A stretch of 64,000 bases of DNA from NCBI RefSeq assembly GCF_963921235.1, contig NC_086098.1, positions 3,348,001 to 3,412,000 of the forward strand. The letters are read 5' to 3'. Source of the stretch: Mobula hypostoma (lineage: Eukaryota). Positions 24,701 through 38,360 of this stretch are shown piece after piece; position 1 is the stretch's first letter; the number at the start of each line of letters is the position of its first letter. The position numbers and the translations under genes are program-made. The notes under the pieces were generated by a model. That model ran no database searches. It had not been told where the DNA came from and was given only the letters and a program-made list of their open reading frames with translations.

Positions 24701-25741
24701 AGAAGCTGCAGAAGGTTGTAAATCTAGTCAGCTCCATCTTGGACACTAGCCTACAAAGTACCCAGGACATCTTTAGGAAGCGGTGTCTCAGAAAGGCAGC
24801 GTCCATTATTAAGGACCTCCAGCACCCAGGGCATGTCCTTTTCTCACCGTTACCATCAGGTAGGAGGTACAGAAGCCTGAAGGTACACACTCAGCGTTTC
24901 AGGAACAGCTTCTTCCCCTCTGCCATCCAGTTCCTTAATGGACATTGAATTTTTAGAAACTACCTGACTTTTTTTTTTAAATATACAGTATTTCTGTTTT
25001 TGCACTTTTTTGTAATCTATTCAATATATGTAATTGATTTACTTGTTTATTTATTATTTATTTTATTTTATTATTATTATTTTCTCTGCTAGATTACGTA
25101 TTGCATTGAACTGCTGCTGCTAAGTTAACAAATTTCACGTCACATGCCGGTGATAATAAACCTGATTCTGATTCTGCCTGCTCCTCGATGTCCCTGTTCC
25201 TATTAGGTGTCTATAAAAAATACCCAGTAGAGTTATTGACCCCTTTCTGTTTCTAACTTCCACCCAGAGAGATTCCATAGACAATCCCTCAGTGACTTCC
25301 TCCTTTTCTGCAGCTGTGACACTATCTCTGACCAACAGTACCATGCCCCTCCCTGTCCCTTCTGTAACATCTAAAGCCTGGCACTCTAAGTAACCATTCC
25401 TGCCCCTGAGCCATCCAAGTCTCTTTAAGGGCCACAATGTCATAGCTCCAAGTACTGATCCACACTCTAAGCTCATCTGCTTTGTTCATGATGCTTCTTG
25501 CATTAAAATAGACACATCTCAAACTATCAGTCTGAGCATATCCCTTCACTGTCACCTGGCCCTCTCGCACGGTCTCCAAGCTTTCTCCATTTGTGAGCCA
25601 ACCGGCCCTTCCTCCGTCTTTTCAGTTCGGTTCCCACCCCCAGCAATTCTAGTCTAAACTCTCCCCAGCAGCCTTAGCAAACCTCCCCACCAGGATATTG
25701 GTTCCCCCTGGGATCAACGTGTAAGATTCCCCTCAGTCTAA
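21769..25741 (-). mobile_element. CR1 LINE, long copy (endonuclease + RT, frameshifted), interrupted by a Rex1 insertion
   Basis: Track ORFs 25322-25579 (LRCVYFNARSIMNKADEL..ETW), 23168-23830, 22620-23171 (DFSKAFDKV, SGVPQGSVLGP, KFADD), 22020-22604; TSD CATTTAG at 21762-21768 and 25742-25748. Confidence 0.93.
24259..25176 (+). mobile_element. Rex1/Babar-type LINE 3' fragment nested in CR1
   Basis: KLADDTT, ERVSSFNFLDVKISEDLTW, FY.CTVESILTGCITVWY, RFRNSFFPSAI motifs; 3' end AATAAACCTGATTCTGATTCTG; CR1 sequence is continuous across it. Confidence 0.9.
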
Positions 25742-26059
25742 CATTTAGTTACGGGGAAAACATACCAATCCCTTCCAAACTGCAGCAGGAATTGAACACC
25801 AATCACAGGTGCTGTAAAGTGTGCTGTAAAGTGGTGCTGTAAATCGTTATGCTGGCCACTGCATAACATTTACAATAGTAAAGTGAGGGGGAAAAAAAGC
25901 AATGCAAGATCTGAATAAAGCTGATATCGAGGATCCGAAATTTGCTGAGGGCCAGATGAAAGGCATTCAAGTCTGATGACCAAGAATGCTACAAAAAGTA
26001 CAGATATGATCTCTGGAAATCCATCTCATGGACAAGATTGGGATTCCAAACCAAACTGG

Positions 26060-27780
26060 AACCAACGAGGGATGCTCAACAGTTACAGCAGGGTTTGAAT
26101 GCTATAACCTCCTAGAAAGTTAAATTAAGTGACATTGGGGACAGCAGGGCTTCACCCAGATGAACTCAATGCCTTCTATGCTCACTTTGAACATGGGTGA
26201 ACCATCACAAAGCCCCACATCTCCTGGTGATCCCTTGATCTCAGTATCTGAAGCTGATGTGTGGGCTGCGTTCAGGAGGGAGAATCCATGGAAAGCATTC
26301 GGACTTGACGAGGTACCTGGCCATGTACTAAAGATCTGTGCTGACCAACTGGCTGTTGTGTTCACTGAGATCTTTAACTCTCACTTTGCCAGTGTGTGGT
26401 ACCCACCTGCTTCAAGCGGGCTTCAATCATATCAGTGCCCACGAAGAGTGCGGTAACCTGCCTCGATGACTATCACCCTGTTGCACTTACAGCTATGGTG
26501 ATGAAGTGCTTTGAGAGGCAGCTGATGAAACTTATCAACTCCTGCCTGAGAGATAAGTTGGATCTGCTCCAATTTGCTTGTCTCTTTGGCCCTTCACACA
26601 ACTCTGGAACATCCGAACAGCAACAAGTCATACATCAAGATGCTCTTTATCGATTACAGCTCAGCATTTAATGCTATCATCCCTCAAAACGAATCAATGT
26701 TCCAAGACCCTGGCCTCCATATCTCCGTGCGTAATGGATTCTGGATTTTCTCACTTGTAGACACCAGTCAGTTCGAATTGTCTAAAATAACTGCTTCATG
26801 ATCTCTATCAGCACAGATGCACCACAGGGATGTGTACTTAGCCCCCAGGTCTACTTGCTTTACACCTATGACTGTGCGGTGAAGCACAGCTCCAATACCA
26901 TATCTAAATCAGATCTTGATGTCACTGCTGTGGGCCGTATCAAAGGTGGTGATGAATCAGCATACAGGAGGGAGATTGAAAACTTGGCTGAAATGATGTC
27001 ATAACAACCATCTCTCACTGAATGTCAGCAAGACCGAGGAACAGATTGTAGACTTCAGGAGAGGGAAACCAGAGGTCCATGAGCAAGTAATCATTGGAGG
27101 ATCAGAGGGTTAGCAACTTTAAATTCTTGGGTGTTACTATTTCAGGGGACGTGTCCTGTAAGTGCAATTGTAAAGAAAGCATGGCACCACCTCTGCTTCC
27201 TCAGGAGTCTGCAGAGATTCAGCATGACATCAAAAACTTGACAAACTTCTACAGATGTGTGGTGGCTGCACTGTGCACTGCAGTCTAGTATGGAAACACC
27301 AGTGCCTTTGAATGGAAAATCCTACAAAAGGTAGTGGATTCACTGCTAAAACCCTGTCAAATATTGAGCACATCTACGTGAAACACTGTCGAGGGAAAGC
27401 AGCATCCATTATCAAGGATCCTCACTACCCAGGTCATGCTTCTTTCTTGGGACTGCCATTAGGTAGAAGGTGTAAGAGTATATAAGGGGATAACTACACT
27501 CATCTGCCCATCATCCATTGAGATGTTGCCACAACCAATGATCTCACTTTAAGGACTCTTTATCTTGTTATTTTGTGTTTTTGTTAGTTATTGCTATTCA
27601 TTTATATTTGTATTTGCACAGTTTGTTGACTCCTGCACTCTGGTAGATCTTTCATTGATCCTGTTATAGTTACTGTTCTATAGATTTGCTGAGTATGCCC
27701 GCGCGAAAATGAATCTCAGGGCTATATGTGGTGACATACAGTATATGTACTCCAATTATAAATTTTACTTTGAACTTTAT
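26060..27780 (+). mobile_element. Rex1/Babar-type LINE, decayed RT region and 3' UTR
   Basis: VPTCFKRASIISVP..DYHPVALT, LFIDYSSAFNAIIP, TDAPQGCVLSP..LYTYDC in several frames. Confidence 0.88.
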
Positions 27781-28974
27781 TTGCCATATACATTTACATG
27801 TTAGGAATTTGCTGTGGTGTGTTGTTGCAACATGCGCCAAAAAACAACAGCATTCAATAATTATAATGAATGATATAAAAGTAAAGTTAGAGGTTAAAAA
27901 TAAAGTTAGAGGCTAACTAGAATGTTTGATTAGATTAACTGCCTGAGGGAAGAAACTTTTAAGATGTTGTGAAGTTCTGTTTGAATAGTTCTGTGGTGCG
28001 TTCCAGAAGGGAAGTTTTGGAAAAGTCTGGTTGCAGGGTGGGTAACATCCACAATGGTTTTTCCCGCCTGATTCTCTATCCTGAACGCATACAAGTCCAG
28101 CAGTGATGGCCGACTGCAGACTCTGAGCTTTTCTGCTAACCTGACAGTTCACTGTGGTTTTCATACACTGTGAGAAGATGCTGCACCAAACCAGACAGTA
28201 ATGGCTGATGTGAGGACACTTTCTGTGACACATTTTACTCAAATATAAAATTATTTCTAAACTAACTTTAAAAATTAGGCTCTGAGATAGCAACATATTA
28301 GAATGCCCCGGTGTAACTGTGTGTATGCCAACTTTTTCATTCAAAGCATCAATACAAACCATCCCAAGATTCAAAGCAAGTTTTTATCATCTAAAACAGT
28401 ATCTCAACAAAGGTTCACTCAGCATTGTGAATTCAACCAGAAATCATTCAGCTGTTGTTCTGTCTACTCACGTCAACGCTGTGCCCCAGCAGAGCCTGTG
28501 GGGTGCTCTCTTCCTACAGAAGGTAATGAGTGTGAAATGGTTACTTGCTATTCTCACCAACCTGTGATTTCAGTGACCCTTGCTATGCAGACTGGTACTG
28601 GTATCACCAACCATGAATTACATCCAAACTCTACCCTTATTTCCTCACTGGATTCACAGTCAGGTATTATGAATTACTCTACAGATGCACAAGCTTATTA
28701 TTTCAAGTCTTTTTAAACGTTTGTCTCACCATCTACCCAAGAGAAGAACAAAGAGGAGATTTCATTGTATTGTAGCTGACACCTGTTGTCCAGTCAAGTG
28801 TGAGAGCCATGACCCCTGAACCCCTGACAGAATCATTCACACAGGCTTAAGGTGATATGATGAATCCAGACAAACTCAGTTCATAAACGGGCCCCACACA
28901 GTCTGGAGGAGCGAGATGTATCATTCCTCATGTAATATCAAAAACACCAGGCCACTAATAGCAAGAAATAATAA

Positions 28975-29100
28975 ACACAAGAGGTTCTGCAGATGCTGGA
29001 AACTCAAAGCAACACACACAAAATGCTGGAGGAACTCAACAGGTCAAGCAGCATCTATGGAAATGAATAAATGGTCGACCTTTCAGGCTGAAACAGGACT
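28975..29100 (-). mobile_element. Penelope pseudo-LTR end, hammerhead internally deleted
   Basis: Same tail family; GGTCGACCTTTCAGGCTGAAACAGGACT. Confidence 0.7.
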
Positions 29101-29897
29101 GTTTATTCAATGCCAATAGCAAAAAGGTAGTTTAATTATCACCAACCCCCAAAGCACATTAACCAGAATCAACTTTGCAAATCAAATCAACATAAAAAAT
29201 TGAGTCTTTTTTGAATATGAACTCAACAGTTTTAGGATTTCTCTAAGAAATTAGACACCTATTTGGAAATGTGTGCAAATAAGGGAACATTAAAAAGGAT
29301 AAGGGAACTGTAGATGCAGCACTGAACAGAGAAAAAAGTGAGAATTACAAGCATGGATGAAAAATTTGGATGATGGATGATGATAATGTTTTCAGTTATG
29401 GCAAGTTGATGCTAAAAAATATTATCTCAGCCTGAGGGAATGTGGAAGAAAATATTGCATCCTATCAAAGGTTTAATTAGGTTTAAATCATGCAGGGGGA
29501 AGTGGTTTAACTTTCTGTTTATTATGTTTGGCAAGGAAGATTCCAAATAACTCCTCGATTAAGATGAAATTAGTTCTGTGAAAGAACTCCTCTTTTGTGC
29601 AGATACTATTCTGTTCAGTTTTGCTTGAATTAAATTCCTTTCAGGTTGCTCATGGTAAATCAGCATTTTTTTCTTCTTGTGGACATTAGCCCCAGATGGA
29701 GTTGAAAGAAGCGGTGATCTGCACAGACTCAGAAATCAATCTTTTGTCTATTAATCTTAACACAAAAGCTAACGGCAAGAAAGGAAAATCTGTATCGGCT
29801 CCTAACAATGAAAATTCACTCTTAATGTTCTTCAAACTATCTGAACAACTAAATCTGTCTCAAAGTGAACTATGGACTGTTGCAATCATATCATCAA

Positions 29898-31817
29898 TAT
29901 TGTGTATTAAATATTTCAGTAATATTTGAGTAATATTGTAAATATATTGTTTGATTAAGCATTCTTGTTCATTTAAATAATTTATTATGGGTTATATGTA
30001 AAAGTACGTGAACAGCAAATTAATTAAAATGGAATTGAACACTGGTTCGGCTGTTTCAGTCATTCCACACAATGAGTTTGAATGGCATTTCAAAGATACA
30101 GAACTGAAGCCTGTAGCTATCCAACTCAGAACTTGTACTGGAGAAAAGATAACTCCAGTTGGAATCACATTCATAACAGTGAAATACAACAACCAACAAG
30201 GCATATCGGGCTTGTATGTGGTAAAAGCAAGAGGGCCAGCATTGTATTCCACTAACAGCAGCAGTTTTTCTGCAGAGATAGGATCTGTTTCTCAGTGGAG
30301 GCAATTACAAGACTGAATCCAAGAGGATAACTGATCATGGAAATGCTGATGGATTGTCCCATTTGCACTTGGAAAATAAGGTGTCCAGCACTGTCAGAAC
30401 CGCTTCCTGCAGTCACAGAGTCAACTCCTGCAACCTGCATGGAGGAGGCCCCAGAACCTGAGATCATTACACAGCCGCAAGTCTCACTGCCAAACAGAGT
30501 GATCCCTTGTCAGGAAAGGCATTACCCCACCAGAGTCAGAAATCCTCCGCAGCAATTAACTCTTCAGGCCTTAATGGAACAATTTAAAACTTACTCTGCT
30601 GTGGGTGTCTATATGGTAGTTGTATTATACAGTATTATGCATATACAAGTTAGGATGCATTCTATATTGAGTTGGAGTTTATAGTTGCAAGCTCAAAATA
30701 CAAGTATATATACTACATACAACCTTGAGATTCATCCCTTTACAGGCAGTCACAAAACACAGAAACCCAACAAAACCCATTTTAAAAAGACCACCAAGCA
30801 CTCAGTGTACAGAAAAAGACAAATCACGCAAATAATTAAGGTAAGCTAATAACATTCAAACTGAAGTTCGTAAAAGCGAGTCCACTGCCTTGGAGTCAGT
30901 CACAGCCAATCCAGGAGCCCGTTGATTGCAGGTCACTGACTCAGTTCAGCGCAGAGACAAGTAAACCTCACAAAGCCGCGAGCTGTACACTGGCCCTGAT
31001 ACCCTGACCTTTCCAATCCAGCTTGGCCCTTAAATCAGCCAAACATCGGGTCGTTCCGGGACCCGTCGACCCTTTTCTGACCTTTCCAACCCGGCCCAAT
31101 GGTTAAGTCAGTCCAACATTGGGTCGTTCCTCACTCTCGGATCCAGGCCCCCCACTTTGATATATTCTTGGGCGTGGGACCAGCCACCTCTATTCAGCCC
31201 ATAGCCCACCTAGCACTGAAATCAGTCAAACATCAGCTGGTTCCTCGCTCTTCGTTCCGGGCCCCACGCCTTGGCTCTGCCTCGTCTCAATTCTGCCTCC
31301 AAACCTGCTCCAGTAATGGCCAAATATTGGCTCATCCCCTGCTTCCAGACCCAGGCCCCGTTGCCTTGATTTGCACATTCACGGCACGCTGCAGCAGTCC
31401 TGTGCCTTCGAGACTTCAGTTCACACCAGGTCATATAAAAGATCAAATCCAAAAGGGGAGTTAGAGGCAATTCACTACAGTGATAGTTTCTGAGAAAAAG
31501 TGTGATTATTAAAGTAATTAGTAGTTTTGTTTGCTGACAGCATGTCGTCGCTGTGCACCATCTGAAACAGGGAGGAGTGGTGTGTATTTTATATTTCAGC
31601 AATATTTCAATAATATTGTATATCTGTTGTTTGATTAAACATTTTTGTTCATTTAAATAATTCATGTAAAAGTATGCGAATGGCAAATATCATCCCACCA
31701 CCACGTCAGACATGTGCGCCTCACTTAAAAGTGAAAACAAAAGTAAGACACGGATCTCTCGGGCTCCCTTATATTTATTTTAATTAGTTTTAAGTTTTGG
31801 ACTTACAAAACATAACA
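29898..31817 (+). mobile_element. Gypsy LTR retrotransposon remnant, internally deleted
   Basis: Direct repeats 29898-30010 and 31578-31817 (LTRs), purine tract AGGGAGGAG before the 3' LTR, protease-like KMELNTGSAVSVI (30008-30250), post-integrase RHYPTRVRNPP, flanks ATCAA/ATCAG. Confidence 0.82.
30690..31563 (-). mobile_element. Non-coding LINE-associated element inserted in the Gypsy remnant
   Basis: 3' end shares the CTTGAGATTCAT..CAGGCAGTCACAAAACA block seen at 42460, 60570 and 63780; separates Gypsy internal sequence from its purine tract. Confidence 0.55.
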
Positions 31818-32392
31818 ATCAGGGCCTTCCTAGCAAAGAGAATCTGCCCAATACCAACCAGCTGCTGAAATTTTTTAAATCTCACAATTAACAACATGTT
31901 TCACTGCATGTTTCGATGTACATGTTCAAAGTTCCAAGTAAATTTATTATCAAACCACATACAAACCTCCAGATGCATTTTCTTGTGGACATACACAGTA
32001 AATCCAAGAAGAACAACAGAAAAGATTCCAGCCACCAAGACGAATAAACATCCAGTGTGCAAAAGGCAATAAACTGCAAATACCAAAGAGGAAAAAGATT
32101 ATAATAATAGGTAAATATTGAGAACATGAGATGAAAAGTCCTTGAAAATGAGTCCATTAGTTGGGGGAACAGTTCAGTGGTGGGGCGAGTGAAGTTATCC
32201 CCACTGGTTCAGGAGCCTGATGGACAATTCCTGAACCTGGTGAGAGTGCTGAGGATCCTGTATCTTCTTCCTGATGGTAGCAGCGAGACGAGAGCATGCC
32301 CTGGGTGATTGGCTAATCTTTGTCTCATTGTTTTAGTAATTGCATGGTTTATTAACTTGGTAAGTAACTTTGCTATCTAAAGTGCATACATG

Positions 32393-32725
32393 AGACCATA
32401 GGCGCAGAATTCAGCCATTCGGCCCATCGAGTCTGCATCACCATTCCACCATGGCTGATCCATTCTCCCTCTCAATCTCATTCTCCCCATAACCTTTGAC
32501 ACCCTGACTAATCAAGAACCTATCAACCTCTGCTTTAAATATACCCAGTAACTTGGCCTCCACAGTCATCTGTGGCAATGAATTCCACACATTCACCACC
32601 CTCTGACTAAAGAAATTCCTCCTCTCTTCTGTTCTAAATGGACATCCCTCTACCCTGGTCCTAGACTCACCTTTTATTGGAAAGATCCTCCCTCCACCCA
32701 CTGTATCGCCGCCTTTCAATATTAT
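32393..32725 (-). mobile_element. CR1 3' fragment
   Basis: RRNFFSQRVVNVWNSLP. Confidence 0.85.
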
Positions 32726-33104
32726 ATACATACATGCAGCTAGTGGTAAAAGCTAGTAGTTATCAACAATTTTAAATTTCACTTCTATTGCCATTAAGAC
32801 CATAGCTAGTCTTACAGCACTGATCGGGGGCTGACTTCCACCACTGTCTGTACGTTCTCCCTGTGACTGTGTGGGTTTCGTCCAGGTACTCCAGTTTACT
32901 CCCATAGTACAAAGATATACATGTTAGAGTTAGTAAGTTGTGCACCGACTACATTGGTAGCGAAAGTATAGCAGCACAGACTTGGACTATGCTGGTTATT
33001 GACATAAAACAACGCATTTTTCTGAACACTTCAATGTTTCAAGTTCAAGTTTGTTTACTGCCATCTGACTGTAAATATATACAACCAAACAAATCATTAC
33101 TCTG

Positions 33105-33810
33105 CAAACAAGAGAAAATCTACAGATGCTGGAAATCCAAAGCAACACACACAAAATGCTGGAGGAAGTCAGCAGGCCAGGTAGTATCTATGAAAAAAAG
33201 TACAGTTGACGTTTCAGGCTGAAACACCTTTGGCAGGACTAGAGTAAAAAAAAATGAGTAGATTTAAAAGGTGGGGGAGAAGAGAGAGAAGTACAAGGTG
33301 GCAGGTGACACTGGGAGGGGAAAGGATGAGGTAAAGAGCTGGGAAGTTCATTGGTAAAAGAGATACAAGGCTGGAAAAGGGGGAGTCTGATAGGAGGGAA
33401 CAGAATGCTATAGAAGAAAGAAAAGGGGAGAGGAGCACCAGAGGGAGGTGATGGGCAGGCAAGGAATAAGGTGAGAGAAGGAAAAGGGGATGGGCCTGGT
33501 GAAGGGGCAGTGCAAGTTCGAGAAATTCAGCTACTATGCACAAATCTATCCAAACTTGTCTAAATATATTTACTAAGGTAGTCTCTACTGCTTCATTGGA
33601 CAGAGAAACAGCTGACGTGTGTGAAATGGAAGACGGCAGCATTAATGGTGGAGGAAGGGAAGCCCATTTCTTTGAAAAAGGAGGATATTTCCATCATCTT
33701 AGAATGAAAAGCCTCATCCTAAGAGCAGATGCAGTGGAGATAGAGGAATTAAGAGAAGGGGTGGCATTTTTACATGTAACAGGGTGGGAAGAGGTATAGA
33801 CCAGGTAGTT
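33105..33810 (-). mobile_element. Older rearranged Penelope-like fragment (RT thumb piece + pseudo-LTR, decayed hammerhead ~33204-33240)
   Basis: 33640-33770 minus reads ..ICS*DEAFHSK..SSFFKEMGFPSSTIN like the intact element; typical tail at 33105-33190. Confidence 0.75.
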
Positions 33811-35479
33811 GTGAGAGTCCGTAAGTGTCTCCTGAAATAACTATTCTGGACCATGGAGCACCTAGAAAGCATATGTCACACACAGCACATAAAAAAGTAC
33901 TACTAATGATTAAATTAACAAAATATAATTGAAAATGCATGTAGCAGGCAGCACAGGTAAAGTGTACAGGAAAACCTCGCTGTCCGAGTGACAAGACCTC
34001 AGTGGTGGCAGGCCATTCATTGGTCTCACAGCCTGGGGGAAGAAGCTGTTACCCGGTATGACAGTCCTAGTCCTGATGCTCCTGTACCTCTTCCTGATGG
34101 GAGTGGGTCAGAGAGATTGTGGGATGTGTGGTAAGAATCCTCAACGGTCTCTTTTCTTCCCACAACTAATGGAGTCACTTTCAATGACTCTTCATCTCAT
34201 GTTCTCAATATTTATTGCTTGCTTACTTGTTATTATTTTTCTTTCTTTTTCTAACTTGCATAGTTTGTTGTCTTCTGCATTCTGGTTGAACACCCAAATT
34301 GGGTGGTCTTTCATTGATTCTGTTATGGCTATTATTCTATAGATTTATGAGTACATTCACAAGTAAATAAATCTCTGAGTTGTATATGGTGTCAAATATG
34401 TACTTAGATAATAAATTTACTTTGAACCGGTACATCTTTGGAACATGGGAGGAAACCGGAATACCCAGAGGAAACCTACAGGGTCAGGGGAGAACATACA
34501 AACTCCTTTCGGATGGTGCTGGACTCACACTCTGAACTCCTGAACGCCCCAATCTGTAATAGCACCACACTAACTGCGACATTACTGTAGTATCCTATAA
34601 TAAAACAATACTAATTATTATTATAATTTCTCTGGAACTGTCTCATTTACTCATCCTGACGGTTGTGCAATGATATTCCTACCTCTCTCCCCCCTCCATT
34701 AAAAATCACATTTAGACCCATCTGCTTCAACATCAGCATTAATATAATCTTCCCTTGCTCAGCATTCATCTTTTTGGTGTTCTATCTGTGAATCTCTTTT
34801 GGACATCATTTTCCTCCAATTTAATGCGTTAACATTAACAGAATCAGGTGCATTATCATTGACATATGTGCTGGAATCTGTTGTTTTGAGATAGCAGTAC
34901 AAAGCAAGACACAACATTTACAATAAATTCTGAATTAAATAAATAGTGCAAAAGAGGACTAATGAGTTCATGGGCTCTTCAGAAATCTGATGGCAGAGGG
35001 GAAGAAGCTGTTCCTAAAAAGTTGATTATGGGTCTTCAGGCTCCTGGATGTCCTCCATCTCCTCTTAAGTGTGCTCATTCCAGATTCACACCACCCTCTC
35101 AGTGAAGAATTACTCCTCAGATGTTAAATGTTGGTAAATACCCCTTAAATGTCTCACCTTTCACCCTAGACCTATGGTCTCTAGTTCCAACTTCATATAA
35201 TGTCAGGGTAAAAACCTACATAAATTTACCCCTTCTATACCTGCTCATAAGCTTGCATGCTCTACAAGATCTCCCCTCATACTGCTGCACTCCAGGAAAT
35301 AAAGTCCTAACCTATTCAAACTTTAACATTAACTCAGGGAAGAAATTTTCTTCTGATAACAAGACCTAACCAACAGCCCTGACCATTGATGGAACACATC
35401 TATCCACAATTCTTCACCGACTATTGTTCAAACATATCTCTGCACAATTCTTCTCTGACCACTGACTGTGGAGAGGAAT

Positions 35480-36212
35480 TGAATTGAACTAACTTTATTA
35501 TTTACATTCTTCACATACATGAGGAGTAAAAATCTTTACATTATATCTCCATCTCAATGTGCAACGTGCAATTTATAGTCATTTATAATAAATAGTATGT
35601 ACAACAGGATAGTCAATATAACATAGAAATAGAGTTGTGTCAGCACGAATTAAGCAGTCTGATGGCCTGGTGGAAGAAGCTGTCCTGGAGCCTGTTGGCC
35701 CTGCCTTTTATGCTGTGGTACCGTTTCCCGGATGGTAGCAGCTGGAACTGTTTGTGGTTGGGGTGACTTGGATCCCCAGTAATCCTTCAGGCCCTTTTTA
35801 CATGCCTGTGTTTGTAAATGTCCTGAATAGTGGGAAGTTCACATCTTCAGATGTGCTGGGCTGTCCGCACCACTCTCTGCAGAGTCCTGCGATTAAGGGA
35901 GGTACTGTTCCCATACCAGACAGTGATGCAGCCAGTCAGGATGCTCTCAATTGTGCCCCTGTAGAAAGTTCTTAGGATTTGGGGGCCCCTACCAAACTTC
36001 CTCAACCATCTGAGGTGAAAGAGGCACTGTTGTGCCTTTTTCACCACACAGCCAGTATGTACAGACTATGTTGGGTATGTTTATGCTGATGAACTTAAAG
36101 CTGTTCACCCTCTCAACCCCAGATCCATTGATGTCAACAGGAGTTAGCCTGTCTCCAATCCTCCTGTAGTCCACAAGCAGCTCCTTTGTTTTTGCGACTT
36201 TGAGGGAGAGGA
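35480..36212 (-). mobile_element. Rex1/Babar-type 3' fragment
   Basis: VKKAQQCLFHLRWLRKFG..FYRGTIESILTGCITVWYG. Confidence 0.88.
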
Positions 36213-36299
36213 CATTGAATTCAATTCAATTCAAAATAAAATGGAAGCTCAGTGGGCTCTCAGTTACAGGAGTGTATTAGAACGTGGCCACAGGAGTGG

Positions 36300-36787
36300 A
36301 ACCTGCTGTGGTCTTCTGTTGCTGCAGCCTATCCACTTCCAGGTGCATTCAGAGATGCTCTAATGAACACTACTCTTGTTACACACGTTTATTTCATTTG
36401 CTTTTGCCTTCCTGTCCGCTTGAACCAACCTGGCCATTCTCCTCTCTCTGATCTCTCTCAATAACAAGGCATTTTCACCCACAGAACTGCCGCTCCTTGG
36501 ATGTTTTTTTATTTTTCACACCATTTTCTGTCAATTGTAGAGACTGTTGAGGTTAAAGATATAAACTGTTTCTGAGATTCTCAAACCACCGCATCTGGCA
36601 CCAAAATCATTCGACGGTCAAAGTCACTTAAATCACATTTGCTCCCCATTCTAATGTTTATTCTGAACAACAACTAAGCCTTTGAACATGTCTGCATACT
36701 TTTATCCATTGAGTTGCAGCCACTTGATTGGCTGATTAGATATTGGCAGTAATAATGTGTAGCTGGGAAAGTGACCACTCAGTGTAT
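36300..36787 (-). mobile_element. Non-autonomous Tc1-like element, decayed copy
   Basis: Aligns by eye with 11360-11860; ends AAAGTGACCACTCAGTG-TA. Confidence 0.8.
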
Positions 36788-36964
36788 GCAGCCCATCCTG
36801 AAAGAAACTAACATGGCTGAAACAAATAAGGAATGGACTCAACAAACATCACAGAGTTTATAAAGGTGGTTATTCTAAATGTAAATCTTTAATGCTGATA
36901 ATCACTTTTCGAAAGACAAGTGTCACCTTTGCATTGTCTTGATTTTTTTTAATTTGATTTTTTT

Positions 36965-37180
36965 TAGGAGATGCAGCACAGTAAGAGACCCAACAAGCCC
37001 ACACCTCCCATTTACACTCTTGTGACTAATTAACCTACTAACCTGTACGTCTTTGGAATGTTGGGGGGAAACTGGAGAACCCAGAGGAAACCCACATGGT
37101 CACGGGGAGAACATAGAATCTCCTTTCAAACAGCAGCAAATCACTGGCACTGTAAAGCATTGCGCTAACCATTACCATGA
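36965..37180 (-). mobile_element. HE1/V-type SINE
   Basis: V-domain block; further copies at about 32800-32990(+), 34427-34590(-), 41065-41235(+), 54575-54780(-). Confidence 0.75.
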
Positions 37181-38057
37181 GATAGCTGTCCCTGATAGAA
37201 CCGGCTGAACAAATGTTATTAGAATTTTGAAACTGCAGAAATTTAATCCTGAACAGATGTAGATGCTGGAAATCCAGAGCAACACACACAGAATGCTGGA
37301 GGAACTCAGTTTGCAGAGGCTTAATCCTGCCATTTTTACACTATTTTAGAAATTCTTCAAACTACTTCAGTTATACATCGGGGCAATGTCTGTACCCTTA
37401 TCAAAATGAATACACTGCCACTTTCAGCACACACTGCAGTTCCACATTTATTCTCCCCCTTGTGAAAAAAAGGTCTCGTTATTTTCTATAGTCATTTTTA
37501 CACAACATATAAATACAGCTGGTAGCTAATCTCCACAGTATTACCATAATCTTCCTTGCTCAAGTTTTAGTCGCAGTGCTGGGACCTTTGTGAGATGACT
37601 AAGTCCAATGTAAAAAGGAGGCTGGCTAGATCTAATTTTCGATAGTTATTAAACTGCTCCCATGTAAGAATACAAAAAGGATAGTGTCACCTTAAATTTT
37701 ATTTGATCCTTTGAGTTACACTGAGAACTAAAATAGCAATAGAGCTCCCAGCAATTCAGAATTCCCAGCTGAACAAACGACTTCAATTTGGAAAAGAGTA
37801 ATGCATTTTAAATCCTGTTTGTCTGGGGCAGCCAGTTTTCAATAATCAGATGGCGTTCACATATGGAATAATTTTTGTGGGATTTTCATATTGCTTATAA
37901 TTACAGAGTAGTGGTTCTATGTACCACATCAATCTGTCAATAAAGTAAAAATTTCTGGAATGCTTGCTTTAACATGAAAGGGACAATTTCCTATTTTGCT
38001 CTGCATACAAATTTAACAGTTAAAAAAATTAAGTACATTTAAAAGACTTCTCTCTGC

Positions 38058-38360
38058 TAGCCTGGAGCTCACCCTCGGGCAAGGTGCAGCACCTGCTTAG
38101 CACCCAATCAGGGTCATGTGAAGCCATGGGAGCAGGTGGTGGATGGTCATACAAGCAGCTGCTGTATATCAAAGGTCCTGGTTATGTGACCTCTGACGCC
38201 AGGCAGACAATCACTGTAGAGTATTGACAATGTCTGGGGTCACCCGTCTTGTAAAGACACTGCCCAGAAAAAAGCAATGGCAAACCACTCCTGTAGAAAA
38301 ATTTGCCAAGAGCAATCGTAGTCATAGACCACATTCACACACGTCATACGACATGGCATA
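38058..38360 (+). mobile_element. RTE-related short retroposon; host of the mariner MITE
   Basis: AATGGCAAACCACTCCTGTAG..TGCCAAGA RTE-like 3' block; GAT-type tail resumes at ~38838. Confidence 0.55.

Noticed and set aside
28303..28716. 137-aa ORF in unique DNA
   Set aside because: No recognisable motif, no supporting splice structure
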